Shown in pieces: positions 27,575 through 36,758 of a stretch of 64,000 nucleotides of DNA. The DNA is taken from assembly GCA_019115845.1 (NCBI GenBank), contig DXCU01000004.1, positions 44,561-108,560 on the forward strand, read 5' to 3'. The position numbers were made by a program, and so were the translations under genes. The notes under the pieces are model-generated. The model made no database searches and had not been told where the DNA came from. It worked only from the letters and a program-made list of their open reading frames with translations. Numbering within the stretch: the stretch's first letter is position 1; each line of letters begins with the position of its first letter. The DNA is from Candidatus Rubneribacter avistercoris. Its GTDB lineage: Bacteria > Actinomycetota > Coriobacteriia > Coriobacteriales > Eggerthellaceae.

Positions 27575-27760
27575 GGCCAAGGACGCTCCACAGATTCAAC
27601 GCGAAGAGCAAGGGCGCTCCGCCCGCGCACGCAGGTTCGCGTCAAGGAAGCTCCGAACCAAGGAGACTTCGCAGGTTCGGCGCGAAGGGCAAGGACGCCC
27701 TGAGCCAAGGAAGCTCCGCCCCAAGGAAGCCCAGCAGGTTCAACGCGAAGGGCCCCGCTC
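27575..27760. repeat. degenerate tandem array (units of about 40-60 bp)
   Basis: The recurring core cag[ag]ttc..cgcgaag.gcaagg.cgc occurs near 27591, 27632 (variant), 27672 and 27734, together with three copies of aaggaagctccg. Confidence 0.6.
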
Positions 27761-27864
27761 CGGCCGTGGCCGCAAATGGCACCCTGTGGCACGCCCGTCG
27801 GTTGATTGAGGCGGATTGAAGCCGCCAGAATTTTCGCCATCAGGGGTTTTACCGAAACGCGGCT

Positions 27865-27918
27865 CCCGGTTCGACCGGTGGCGCGCCCGATTTGCGCCAC
27901 AGGGCGTCGTTTGCGGCC
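27865..27918. repeat. 54-bp dispersed repeat, copy A
   Basis: cccggttcgaccggtggcgcgcccgatttgcgccacagggcgtcgtttgcggcc matches 28574-28627 at 49/54 positions, counted by eye. A partial inverted copy lies at 14021-14045. Confidence 0.85.
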
Positions 27919-28090
27919 GGCCTGCGAACGGCCCCTCGCCGACCCCCTCCGGCGGGGTCCGCGTCAACGCCGGTTTAACAGAGAGCCGACGCTCGTCTGG
28001 TCAAAATCTCTTTGCCAAACCACCATTGGCACGAGCCGGTGTTTGCCGAATCTCGAGCCAAGCCTTCCCTGATCGGGCGCCGGGCAAGGC

Positions 28091-28132
28091 CTCCCCGCCC
28101 GCCGGGCAAGGTCCTGCCCGGCGGGCGGGGAG
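28091..28132. repeat. perfect 18-bp GC-rich hairpin
   Basis: ctccccgcccgccgggca-aggtcc-tgcccggcgggcggggag. Confidence 0.9.
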
Positions 28133-28133
28133 G

Positions 28134-28365
28134 GCCTCGGTTGATCCTGGTCTAGCAGAGAGAGCGCGCCGAAGTGGCAGAAAACGCGTCCTGTGCATAG
28201 ATCTGGGAGGTGGAGGCCCGCGCCGAGGATTCGCGACCTGGCGTTTTGCCGACGGGAAGGCGCGGCGCGGCCGCCTCGGGCGGAGAAACCTATGCACAAG
28301 ACGCGATTCGTGCCGCTTCGGGCCGAACTCTCTGTCTCTTTGTTGGAAACCAGGATCAACCGAGG
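28134..28365. repeat. large imperfect inverted repeat (arms of about 67-76 nt, spacer of about 89 nt)
   Basis: The left arm is cctcggttgatcctggt...gccgaagtggcagaaaacgcgtcctgtgcatag. The right arm, reverse-complemented, is cctcggttgatcctggt...cccgaagcggcacgaatcgcgtcttgtgcatag. Confidence 0.7.
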
Positions 28366-28573
28366 CCGGGCCGGACGCCGGGCAAGGCCTGGCCGGCGCG
28401 GGCTCCCGCCGGGCCAGCCTACGAACGGCCCTCTGCCAAACCGCCGTCGGCATGGGTCGAGCCGCCGCGCGCGGGGCGCCCGGAAGGCCCCAGCCCGTCG
28501 GGGCGGGATCCTTCCGCCGCACCCGGCCAGAGAAGCTCGGGTCGGGATCCAACCAACACAGGTTCGCGTCAAT

Positions 28574-28627
28574 CCCGGTTCGACCGGCGGCGCGACCGAT
28601 TCGTGCCACAGGGCGTCGTTTGCAGCC
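28574..28627. repeat. 54-bp dispersed repeat, copy B
   Basis: cccggttcgaccggcggcgcgaccgattcgtgccacagggcgtcgtttgcagcc. Confidence 0.85.
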
Positions 28628-28642
28628 ACGGACGCATGGGCG

Positions 28643-29614
28643 CTACCGTTCGTACACCACCTCGCCCATGCGGGAGGAGTCGTACCCCACGATGGCGCCC
28701 ACCTCCTCGCGGAACGGGCGGGTGCGCGTCAGGCGGGCGAGGGCCTCCAGGGCGCGCTCGCAACCGGGGCGCTTCGCCAGCACGATGTCGAGCCATTCGT
28801 TTTGCAAGGGCAGGAAGTCCACGCCCTCCACCTGGTGGAACACGCGCTCGGCACCAATGCCCGCGTCGGCTGCACCCCGGGCCACGAACGAGGCCATGGA
28901 AAGCGCCGTGTTCGCCTCGCGCCCGTACCCCTCTATGCACGCGCAGTCAGCGCCGAGGCGCGCGAGCTGCTCGTCCAGCAGGATGCGCGAGCCGCAGCCG
29001 CGCTCGCGGTTGATCAGGCGCACGCCTGGCCGCAGCAAGTCCTCCCAGGTGCGCAGGTTCTTCGGGTTGCCCTTCGCCACGATGAGCCCCTGACGGCGGC
29101 GCACGAGGCGCACCACCTTCACCGGCGTGCCGGGCACAAGGCGCTTGACGGCCTCCACGTTGTAGGAGTCCGCCTCGCCGTCGTAGAGGTGCGCGAGCGC
29201 CGCATGCGCCCGCCCGCGGTACACATCGACCAGCGCGTTGTAGCTGCCCTCGTACACGCGGTCAACCGCGGCGCCCGTGGCGGCCAGGTAGTTCGCCAGG
29301 ATATCGCCCACCAGGTCGTTTCCGGCAAGGACGAACGCACCCGTGATCGCGGCAACGGCAGCGGGGAACGCGGCGGCCGGCGCGGAAGCCTGCGCGGCGG
29401 CGCCTTCGAGCGCCTCGGCGACCCGAGGCCCCGCGACGGCGCGGCGCTTCGAGCGGGAGATGTAGCTTTCCACGTCGGCCATGGTGAAACGCATCTTGCG
29501 CCCTATGAAGTACGACGCCAGCTCGTCGGCCTTCACCAACTTGTACACCGTGCTCCTGCTGACCTGCAAAAGCCCCGCCACCTCGTCGGCCGTCAGCGCA
29601 TCGTCGTTGCGCAT
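28643..29614 (-). CDS. excisionase-type HTH plus periplasmic-binding-protein-like domain regulator (molybdate/ModE-like class)
   Basis: The start MRNDDALTADEVAGLLQVSRSTVYKLVKADEL.SY..GRKMRF at 29614 gives a MerR/excisionase HTH. The C-terminal 230 aa are PBP-like (..GNPKNLRTWEDLLRPGVRLINRERGCGSRILLD..). It is divergent from a TOBE molbindin gene. Confidence 0.7.
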   Translation of the reverse strand: MRNDDALTADEVAGLLQVSRSTVYKLVKADELASYFIGRKMRFTMADVESYISRSKRRAVAGPRVAEALEGAAAQASAPAAAFPAAVAAITGAFVLAGNDLVGDILANYLAATGAAVDRVYEGSYNALVDVYRGRAHAALAHLYDGEADSYNVEAVKRLVPGTPVKVVRLVRRRQGLIVAKGNPKNLRTWEDLLRPGVRLINRERGCGSRILLDEQLARLGADCACIEGYGREANTALSMASFVARGAADAGIGAERVFHQVEGVDFLPLQNEWLDIVLAKRPGCERALEALARLTRTRPFREEVGAIVGYDSSRMGEVVYER

Positions 29615-29929
29615 GACCCCTCCTTCCCCGCCCTGCCCCGCCAAGCTTCCCACCTTCTGCCCCAATGGTGCTTGAATAGAAATATGCTCTAATAAGTATA
29701 ATGCTTTCCGGACGCGTTGGGAACGCGCGCATTCACAACCTCATCACACGCCGCGATGCGAGAATGAACGAAAGAGAACGAAACGACACGAACGGAGCAC
29801 GTTTCGGCCAACCCCCTTCACCGCCGCCGTCGCCCCTGCCATACTGCGCATCGTCAAGAACGAGCCGCAAAAGAACGCGGCCCCGAAAAGCCCAGCCGGA
29901 CGCACCGGCGCCAACCGAAAGGACGCATC

Positions 29930-30355
29930 ATGAAGATTTCCGCTCGCAACCAGCTGAAGGGCACCATCGCCGGCATCGCCGAGGGCGCCGTGAACGGCGT
30001 GGTCGCCATCGACCTGGGCTCCACGCAGGTCAAGGCCGACATCACCATGGAGGCCATCGAGGAGCTGGGCCTGAAGGAGGGCATGGACGCCGTGGCCATC
30101 GTGAAGGCCAGCAGCGTGATGTTCGCCGCCGGCGCCGAGCGCATCCAGGGCATCTCCGCGCGCAACCAGATCGCCGGCACCATCGTGTCCGTGAAGGAAG
30201 GCGCCGTGAACGGGCATGTGACCATCGAGACCGCCGAGGGCGCCCGCATCAAAGGCTCCATCACGAACGAGGCCATCGAGGAGCTGGGTCTGGCCGAGGG
30301 CGGCAAGGCGCTCGCCATCGTGAAGTCCACCGACGTCATGGTGGGCGTGGAGTAA
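29930..30355 (+). CDS. tandem TOBE-domain molybdopterin/molybdate-binding protein (molbindin)
   Basis: 141 aa with two repeats starting ISARNQLKGTI.....GAVN and ISARNQIAGTI.....GAVN, the classic TOBE signature. Confidence 0.85.
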   Translation: MKISARNQLKGTIAGIAEGAVNGVVAIDLGSTQVKADITMEAIEELGLKEGMDAVAIVKASSVMFAAGAERIQGISARNQIAGTIVSVKEGAVNGHVTIETAEGARIKGSITNEAIEELGLAEGGKALAIVKSTDVMVGVE

Positions 30356-30638
30356 CCCCCCCCCTTCCCTCGCGCGGCTTTGGCCGCAGCAGCATCGCAT
30401 CCTCGAAGGCCGCGCAGCCCAAGCCGCAGCACCGAAACACGACGCCCAGTCACCCCCATTCCATCAGGCATAATGCAAAATTCATACGAATCGTGCGACA
30501 GGCGATCCCCCTTTCGTGCGACAGCGTCCCCCGATTTGGAGCGCATAGTTCCCGTCGGCGGGAAGGTCAAGGCCGCCGCCGAAGAAGCACGCGCGGGCAA
30601 ACGCCGCGACAAACGACGAACAAGGAAAGGGGAGCGTC

Positions 30639-32204
30639 ATGAAGAGCGCCGCTGCGCAGGGAATGTCCAGAAGGAGCTTTTTGAAAGGGGCCGGAGTCGG
30701 GGCTGCGGGGCTGCTGGGCGCAGCCGCGATCGGCGGATGCGCCGGCCAGGCTTCGGGGGCATCGGCATCGAAAGAATCCTGGGACCAGGAGACGGACGTG
30801 ATCGTGGTGGGAACGGGAGCCGCAGGGGTGGCCGCCGCCATGACCGCGCTCGAAGCGGGCTGCGAGGTTGTCATGATCGAAAAGGAGAAGCTGGCCGGCG
30901 GCATCACCAGCGTGTGCGAGCAGTACTGCGCCTTCGATTCGTCCCTCCACCTTCCCCAGAACTTCGACGACGTGGAAGACAGCGCCGAGCTTATGCTCGA
31001 AGACGCCCTGCGCGTGTCGAACGGAACCGCCGACGAAGCGCTTGCGAAGATATACTGCGACGATTCCGCCAATTGCCTGAACTGGATGATCGAGCACGGC
31101 TGCGAGTTCAAAGGATCGCTGCGCGTGTCCGACGGGCGCCACGGCCAAGGCAAGTACATCACCGCCACCGCCGGCGAGCTGACGGCGAAGCTTTTGCCCG
31201 CCATCGAAGCAGCGGGTGGCAGCGTCCTCACCGAAACCCCTCTGACCGACATCGTGCGCGACGAGGAGAGCGGCCGGGTGACGGGGGTGGTCTGCTCCGA
31301 CGAAGGAACGCGCATCAAAGCGCGCAAAGGCGTGGTCATCTGCACCGGCCCCTGGTCCGACGACGAAGTGCTCATCCCCCGCCACATGAAGCCCGTTCCC
31401 AGCCTGGTGAGCGAGTGCGCCTCCACGCTGTCGGCGTTCGGCATGCCGTACGGCCCCTACACGGGAGAGGCCATTCGCGCCGCCCAGCGCAAGGGCGCGG
31501 CGGTCCGACACATGGAGTACATCATGTTCGACCCGTACTACTCGGTGCCCGAGGTCATGGCCGACAAGGTGGCGCCCGCCGGCCTCACCCGCGCGGTGAA
31601 CCAGATTCTGATCTCGCCCGAGGGAAGGCGCTTCACAGACGAGGGGAAGTCGCGCGGCGCCATCGCCCTCGACATCATCGACCTGCCGGGCAACACGTAC
31701 TACCCCGTCGTCGACGGCCGCCATCTGCCCGACCCCACCGGCTCCACGAAATTCTCCGTCGAGCAGCTGGACGAGTTCGTCGCGGGAGGCTACATGGTGC
31801 GCTCCGACACGCTTGAGGGCCTGGCAAGCGAAATGGAGCGGGTCTTCGGCACGCCGAAAGACGCCGTGCTGGCCGAGATCGAGCGCTACAACGGGTTCTG
31901 CGCCACCGGCGTGGACGAGGATTTCGGGAAGGACCCGCACCACATGACGCCCATCGACCAGGCGCCGTTCTACGCCGGTCCGGCCGAGACCTGCCGCGAC
32001 ATGTACACCCACGGCGGCTTGGAAACCGATGCCGAGGCGCGCGTGGTCGATCTTGACGGCGTTGCGATCCCCGGCCTGTACGCCGCCGGCATGTGCACCG
32101 GCGGCCCGCTGGGAGAGATCACCATTTCCGGAAACTGGCAGACAAGCGCCATCGCGTTCGGGCGCATCGCCGGCAAGAACGTCGCTGCGGAAAGCGTCGC
32201 CTAG
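30639..32204 (+). CDS. Tat-exported FAD-dependent reductase (fumarate reductase/flavocytochrome flavoprotein family), lipoprotein-like
   Basis: Twin-arginine signal MSRRSFLKGAGVGAAGLLGAAAIGGCAG, FAD dinucleotide fold DVIVVGTGAAGVAAA, and the C-terminal block GLYAAGMCTGG. Confidence 0.85.
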   Translation: MKSAAAQGMSRRSFLKGAGVGAAGLLGAAAIGGCAGQASGASASKESWDQETDVIVVGTGAAGVAAAMTALEAGCEVVMIEKEKLAGGITSVCEQYCAFDSSLHLPQNFDDVEDSAELMLEDALRVSNGTADEALAKIYCDDSANCLNWMIEHGCEFKGSLRVSDGRHGQGKYITATAGELTAKLLPAIEAAGGSVLTETPLTDIVRDEESGRVTGVVCSDEGTRIKARKGVVICTGPWSDDEVLIPRHMKPVPSLVSECASTLSAFGMPYGPYTGEAIRAAQRKGAAVRHMEYIMFDPYYSVPEVMADKVAPAGLTRAVNQILISPEGRRFTDEGKSRGAIALDIIDLPGNTYYPVVDGRHLPDPTGSTKFSVEQLDEFVAGGYMVRSDTLEGLASEMERVFGTPKDAVLAEIERYNGFCATGVDEDFGKDPHHMTPIDQAPFYAGPAETCRDMYTHGGLETDAEARVVDLDGVAIPGLYAAGMCTGGPLGEITISGNWQTSAIAFGRIAGKNVAAESVA

Positions 32205-32405
32205 CATCGCGCCACCCTACGGGGCCGGGAGGGCGCGGGGCCGTCGCGCCCTCCCGGCAACCTTGCGCCAACCTGCGGGACCCAAGCCCTCCCGATAGCC
32301 CCGCGCCATGCGGGGCCCGGGCTACCTTGCCGGCTCCTCGGCCTCACCGGCTCCGAGCTTCCTCGACGGCCCCGCGTCCCGGCAACCTCCCGCCCGCCCC
32401 ACGTC

Positions 32406-33845
32406 TCACCGGCCCCGATGGACGGCCGTCTCCATGCTCTCGATGAGGTTGAGCAACTCCTGACGCGAATGGACGCCCAGCTTCGCATACGCGCGGCGCA
32501 AGTGCGTCTTCACCGTATGCTCGGACAAAACCAGGTGGTCGGCTATGTAGCGTGCGCTACGGCCCGAGGAGAACTCGTCGATCACCTGGAACTCGCGAGC
32601 GGACAGATCGTAGGAGCTGCGCAGAAGGTCGAGCGCGGCCTCGTTGACCGACTCGATGCGGCTCGCGGTCTGCGCGGCCTCGTCGGGCGCGTCCGCATAG
32701 CCAAGCGCCTTGCTCTTCGCGAACATCCGCAGGTAGCTCACGAACATGACGGCAACCGCAACGCCCAAAAGCCAAACGAGCACCGTGAACGCCATATCGA
32801 GCCGATCCGCAGCCAAAGAGCCAAGCCCCGTCGTCGCAAGGAGGCGCCCGCCTGCGATGCTCAGCTGGGACGACCCCACGGCCACGCCCAGCAAGAAAAG
32901 CGAGGGCAGCTTGCGCTCGTACGCCTCGCTTGTAAACGCCATCCAGATGAGGCAGAAAAACGTTATGAGCAGCACCACCATGAGCGGGCCCGACCATACG
33001 GCGTCGGAGGGGTTCAGGTTGCGAAACGCGAGCACCGACATCAGGGCGGCGGCGCACAAAGGATAGGGCAGGTCGATGTCGGCCTTCCTCGGCCGGGCGA
33101 GCACCAGTCCCACGCACAGGGAAAGCGACACGACCACGCCCAAAATCGACGTGACGGCGGTTTGCGCGTAGAGCGTCCCCCTTGCGATGTCCATCTGCAC
33201 CACGAACCCGCAAGAGGCCGAGAACACGATCGCGCCCGCCACTGCGCGCCTCATGCGCGCCGCAAGCTCGGCCATCGTCGTCGTGGGCGCGTCCTTCGGC
33301 ATCATCGTCCTTGCCACCGATTCGCCCGTTCGCAGGCACACGCCAAGGAGGACAAGCGAGATCGCCAGCACCGCCACGAACGCCGCGCCCCTCGCATCGG
33401 GAAGGAAAGCCGTGGTCAGCGGAACAAGCGTTGTATCCACCACGTATCCCGCCGCTATCATGGGAACCGCCCAGCTAGGCCGATAGCTGGCGAACACCTG
33501 CATCCAGCACAGGATGACGAGCGCCCAGCCCATGCCGCCGGCCAGCTGGGCCGCCAGGGACACAAGGCCGTGCGGCTCGGGGCTGGCGGCAAGCACCACC
33601 CTGACGGCAAGGGCCAAGCACCCTCCCGCGAACAGGGGAAGCGCCCTCTCCAGCCGTCCGACGTACGAAAGGGCCGCCACGCCCAAATACGTGGCGCCAC
33701 CGGCCGCAATGCCCGCGACCGCATACGGCTCGGGCGAGTACGGCCCCGTCCCCAAATCGAGCAGCCGCGCCCCCTGAAGAAAGCCGAAGCCCACGATGGC
33801 CGCAACCACCAGCGCCTTCGTTCGCCGCATCGTCCCCTGCCGCAT
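32406..33845 (-). CDS. membrane-embedded LuxR-family transcriptional regulator
   Basis: About 10 predicted TM helices precede a C-terminal GerE/LuxR HTH (LSAREFQVIDEFSSGRSARYIADHLVLSEHTVKTHLRRAYAKLGV). The start is uncertain (33845, 33830 or 33872). Confidence 0.8.
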   Translation of the reverse strand: MRQGTMRRTKALVVAAIVGFGFLQGARLLDLGTGPYSPEPYAVAGIAAGGATYLGVAALSYVGRLERALPLFAGGCLALAVRVVLAASPEPHGLVSLAAQLAGGMGWALVILCWMQVFASYRPSWAVPMIAAGYVVDTTLVPLTTAFLPDARGAAFVAVLAISLVLLGVCLRTGESVARTMMPKDAPTTTMAELAARMRRAVAGAIVFSASCGFVVQMDIARGTLYAQTAVTSILGVVVSLSLCVGLVLARPRKADIDLPYPLCAAALMSVLAFRNLNPSDAVWSGPLMVVLLITFFCLIWMAFTSEAYERKLPSLFLLGVAVGSSQLSIAGGRLLATTGLGSLAADRLDMAFTVLVWLLGVAVAVMFVSYLRMFAKSKALGYADAPDEAAQTASRIESVNEAALDLLRSSYDLSAREFQVIDEFSSGRSARYIADHLVLSEHTVKTHLRRAYAKLGVHSRQELLNLIESMETAVHRGR

Positions 33846-34159
33846 GTTCGCGATCCCCTTCCCGTCCCACATGAGGTCGCGAACAGCATAGCACCCAAAG
33901 CACGGCCATCCAACATGCCCCTCCGCTAAACCAGCGCTGACGCGCACCCCGCCGCCGGCGGTTCGGCGAAGGGCCGCCCGCGCATCCCGCGCAAGCCGCA
34001 GCGGCCTCGCGCGCCCCGGTGCCCCCGCGCCGCCCTGTCCCCCGCAACCTTCAACCCAGCCATCAGGCGCGATGCAAAAATCCTCCTTTTGGAAGGATGA
34101 AACGCCTCCCCTTGGCGCCTAGCATCGGGCCGTTCGCATCGCAACGAAGGAGGAGGGTT

Positions 34160-36598
34160 ATGAGGATGAACATGGACAGACGCAGCTTCATCAAGGGCGC
34201 GGCGCTCACCGCGGCCGTCGGAGCCGCGGGCGCGGTCGGCGGAACGCTTGCGGGCTGCTCGGAGGGCACGGCGGGAAGCGCGGGCGAAAGCGGCGCCCCG
34301 CAGGCGAAGGACGGCACGTACGAGGCGTCGTCGCACGGGTTCCTCGCCGACGTGACCGTGAAGATCTCCATCAAAGGCGGCCTGGTGGAGGAGGTGTCGA
34401 TTGCCGACATGGGCGAAACGCCCGACCGAGGCGGCAAGGCGGCGCGCGTGCTGCAGGAGCGCATCCTGGAGGCGAAGGGCCTAGACGGCGTCGATGCCGT
34501 GACGGGCGCCACCGCCACAAGCCGCGCCGTGTTCCGCGCGACCGAGGACTGCCTCATCCAAGCAGGCGCGCTCGAAGAGCCCGGCGAGGCAACCATGCGC
34601 CCCGGCGTCTACGTGGGCGAGGCGCGCGGGTTCGACTGGATAGAGCCCGTCCGCGTCAAGATAGAGGTGGATAAGACCAGCCTCAAATCCATCGAGGTCA
34701 TAGACAAGAAGCTCAACCGCGAAGAGCCTCTCATCCTCAAAGCGGCCGAGGACCTGCTCGTTCCCCGCATGGTGGAGCAGCAGTCGGTGACGGTGGACGC
34801 GGTGACGGGGGCCACAAGCGCCAGCACCGGCATCCGCTCAGCCACCGAAGACGCCCTCAAGAAAGCGCTCGAAGCAGGCGGGGCGAACGGCACCGCCATC
34901 CACCGCTTCTACAGCCGCGCGGACAAGCAGGGCGGCACCCAGACGCTCGACTACGACATCGTGGTGTGCGGCTTGGGCGGCGCGGGCAGCGCGGCGGCCA
35001 TGTCGGCGGCCGAGGCGCTTGCGGCGGCCGGCAAGGAGGTGCGCATCCTCGGCCTGGAAACCGCCGGCAAGTACGGCGGCACCGCGGCGAACGCCGGCGA
35101 GCCGTTCAGCATCAACGCGCCCCGTTACCTGGAGAAGTACAACAACGGCGAGCCGTGGTGCGACTACGACAGCCTCTACGCGGACTGGATGGCGAACTAT
35201 TCTAAGGGAACGCCCTGCAAACCCGACTGCGTGAAGCTGCTCATGGACGAGTCGGGCAAGACGGTCGATTGGCTGCAGTTCGACCACGGGTTCGTGTTCA
35301 CGCGGGGGATGAAGGGCTTCGGCACAAGCACCTGGCTGTGCAAGCAGCAGTACGTGTACAAGTCCAACATGGAAGACGACGTCGATTACGCCGCCGAGTA
35401 CCCCGACTACACCTTCGGCGACCGCTCCACCTCCGTCGGCCAGTACTACGACCGCATCATCGCCGACTTCAAGGCCCTGGGCGGCGAGTACATGCTGGAA
35501 ACCGAGGCGTACGAGCTTTTGCTGGACGACGCGTCGGGCAGCGTGACGGGCGTCAAGGCGCGCAACCACGTGGACGGCACTGAGTACACCATCAACGCGA
35601 AGGCCGTCATCCTGTGCACGGGCGGCTTCTGCGGCAACGGCGACATGCTGGAGAAGCACCTGCAGAACCCCGAGTACCCGCTGGCCGCGCGCTGGCATCT
35701 GTGGGGCATGCACCAGAACAAGGGCGCGATGATAGCCTCGGCCATCGACAAGGGAGCCGGAACGTACAACATCGACATGTCGCCCTGCATCCACTTCAAA
35801 ACCACCTCCGACTACCTGACGGAGTATCCCTGCTACTACCGCGACGGCCTTGAGGAGCGCATGCAGGAGCAGAACGTGTGGTCCTTGAACGACATCCCCA
35901 TGATGATGGGCATCAACGCGAGCGCCCTGCAGGTGAGCGCCATCGACGGCGTGCGCCACTACAACGAAAGCGGCACGTTCGCGTTCTGGGCGGGAGGCCC
36001 CAGCTGGTACGCCATCTACGGCGGCGACTACGTGGACGGCCTTGCCGAGAGCGGCTACCCCGGCAAAGAGGGCGCGTTCCAAAGCTCCACCAAGGTGTTC
36101 GGGCAGGGAGGCTATCCGCAGATGACGCCCATCCCGCAGATCTACGAGGTGCTGGAGACGGCCGAGGCCAAAGGCTACGTGTTCAAGGCGGACACGCTCG
36201 AAGAGCTGGCCGAGAAGATGGGGGTTCCCGCCGACGAGTTTGCCGACCAGGTGAAACGCTATCAGGGCTACTGCGAAAGCGGCGTGGACGAGGAGTTCGG
36301 CAAGAGCAAGGAGACGCTGGTGTCCCAGATCAACCGACCGCCCTACTACGCCGTCAAGGCAGACGCCACGCCGTACGCCACCATCGCCGCGCTCGACGTG
36401 GACACCGACCTCAACGTGCTGAAGCCCGACGGCTCCACGAAGGTCGCCGGCCTGTACGCCTGCGGCAACGACAGCGGCGGCGTGCTGTACACGAACCTCG
36501 AGCCTTACGCGCAGTACGGCGGCGTGGCGCTGGGCTGGGCGTTCACGTCAGGGCGGCTTGCAGGCGCGAACGCGGCCGCGTACGTGGCCGGAGCGTAA
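34160..36598 (+). CDS. Tat-exported reductase with two FMN-binding domains plus an FAD-dependent fumarate-reductase-type flavoprotein domain
   Basis: RBS AGGAGGAG followed by MRMNMDRRSFIKGAALTAAVGAAGAVGGTLAGC. Two FMN_bind modules end in DAVTGATATS and DAVTGATSAS (flavinylation-type motif). The FAD fold is DIVVCGLGGAGSAAA and the C-terminal block is GLYACGNDSGG. Confidence 0.85.
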   Translation: MRMNMDRRSFIKGAALTAAVGAAGAVGGTLAGCSEGTAGSAGESGAPQAKDGTYEASSHGFLADVTVKISIKGGLVEEVSIADMGETPDRGGKAARVLQERILEAKGLDGVDAVTGATATSRAVFRATEDCLIQAGALEEPGEATMRPGVYVGEARGFDWIEPVRVKIEVDKTSLKSIEVIDKKLNREEPLILKAAEDLLVPRMVEQQSVTVDAVTGATSASTGIRSATEDALKKALEAGGANGTAIHRFYSRADKQGGTQTLDYDIVVCGLGGAGSAAAMSAAEALAAAGKEVRILGLETAGKYGGTAANAGEPFSINAPRYLEKYNNGEPWCDYDSLYADWMANYSKGTPCKPDCVKLLMDESGKTVDWLQFDHGFVFTRGMKGFGTSTWLCKQQYVYKSNMEDDVDYAAEYPDYTFGDRSTSVGQYYDRIIADFKALGGEYMLETEAYELLLDDASGSVTGVKARNHVDGTEYTINAKAVILCTGGFCGNGDMLEKHLQNPEYPLAARWHLWGMHQNKGAMIASAIDKGAGTYNIDMSPCIHFKTTSDYLTEYPCYYRDGLEERMQEQNVWSLNDIPMMMGINASALQVSAIDGVRHYNESGTFAFWAGGPSWYAIYGGDYVDGLAESGYPGKEGAFQSSTKVFGQGGYPQMTPIPQIYEVLETAEAKGYVFKADTLEELAEKMGVPADEFADQVKRYQGYCESGVDEEFGKSKETLVSQINRPPYYAVKADATPYATIAALDVDTDLNVLKPDGSTKVAGLYACGNDSGGVLYTNLEPYAQYGGVALGWAFTSGRLAGANAAAYVAGA

Positions 36599-36758
36599 AA
36601 GGACGTCGCCCGAAGGGGGCGGCCCCCTCCCCTGCCCCCTTCGACATCGCACGCGGACGAGCCGCCGCGCCGTCCGCAGCTCGCGCACCCGGGACCGCGT
36701 CCTGGCCCCGGGTGCGCGAGCGCGCATGTTTGCTATACTCGCAAGGAGAGGGGAGCCC

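Noticed and set aside
23653-27819. Very long plus-strand ORF (1388 aa), with similar giants at 2577..3725 (+), 14607..16253 (+), 19656..21314 (-), 21447..23405 (+), 40280..42184 (+), 41961..44204 (+) and 27816..29093 (+).
   Set aside because: These are GC-rich shadow ORFs. Their translations are Arg/Ala/Gly/His/Pro-rich with no motifs. Most lie antisense or out of frame to genes with unmistakable family signatures (relA, recJ/recQ, asd, MFS, McrB-like). 27816..29093 (+) instead lies mostly in the repeat-rich ORF-free spacer, with only its 3' end antisense to the HTH-PBP regulator gene.
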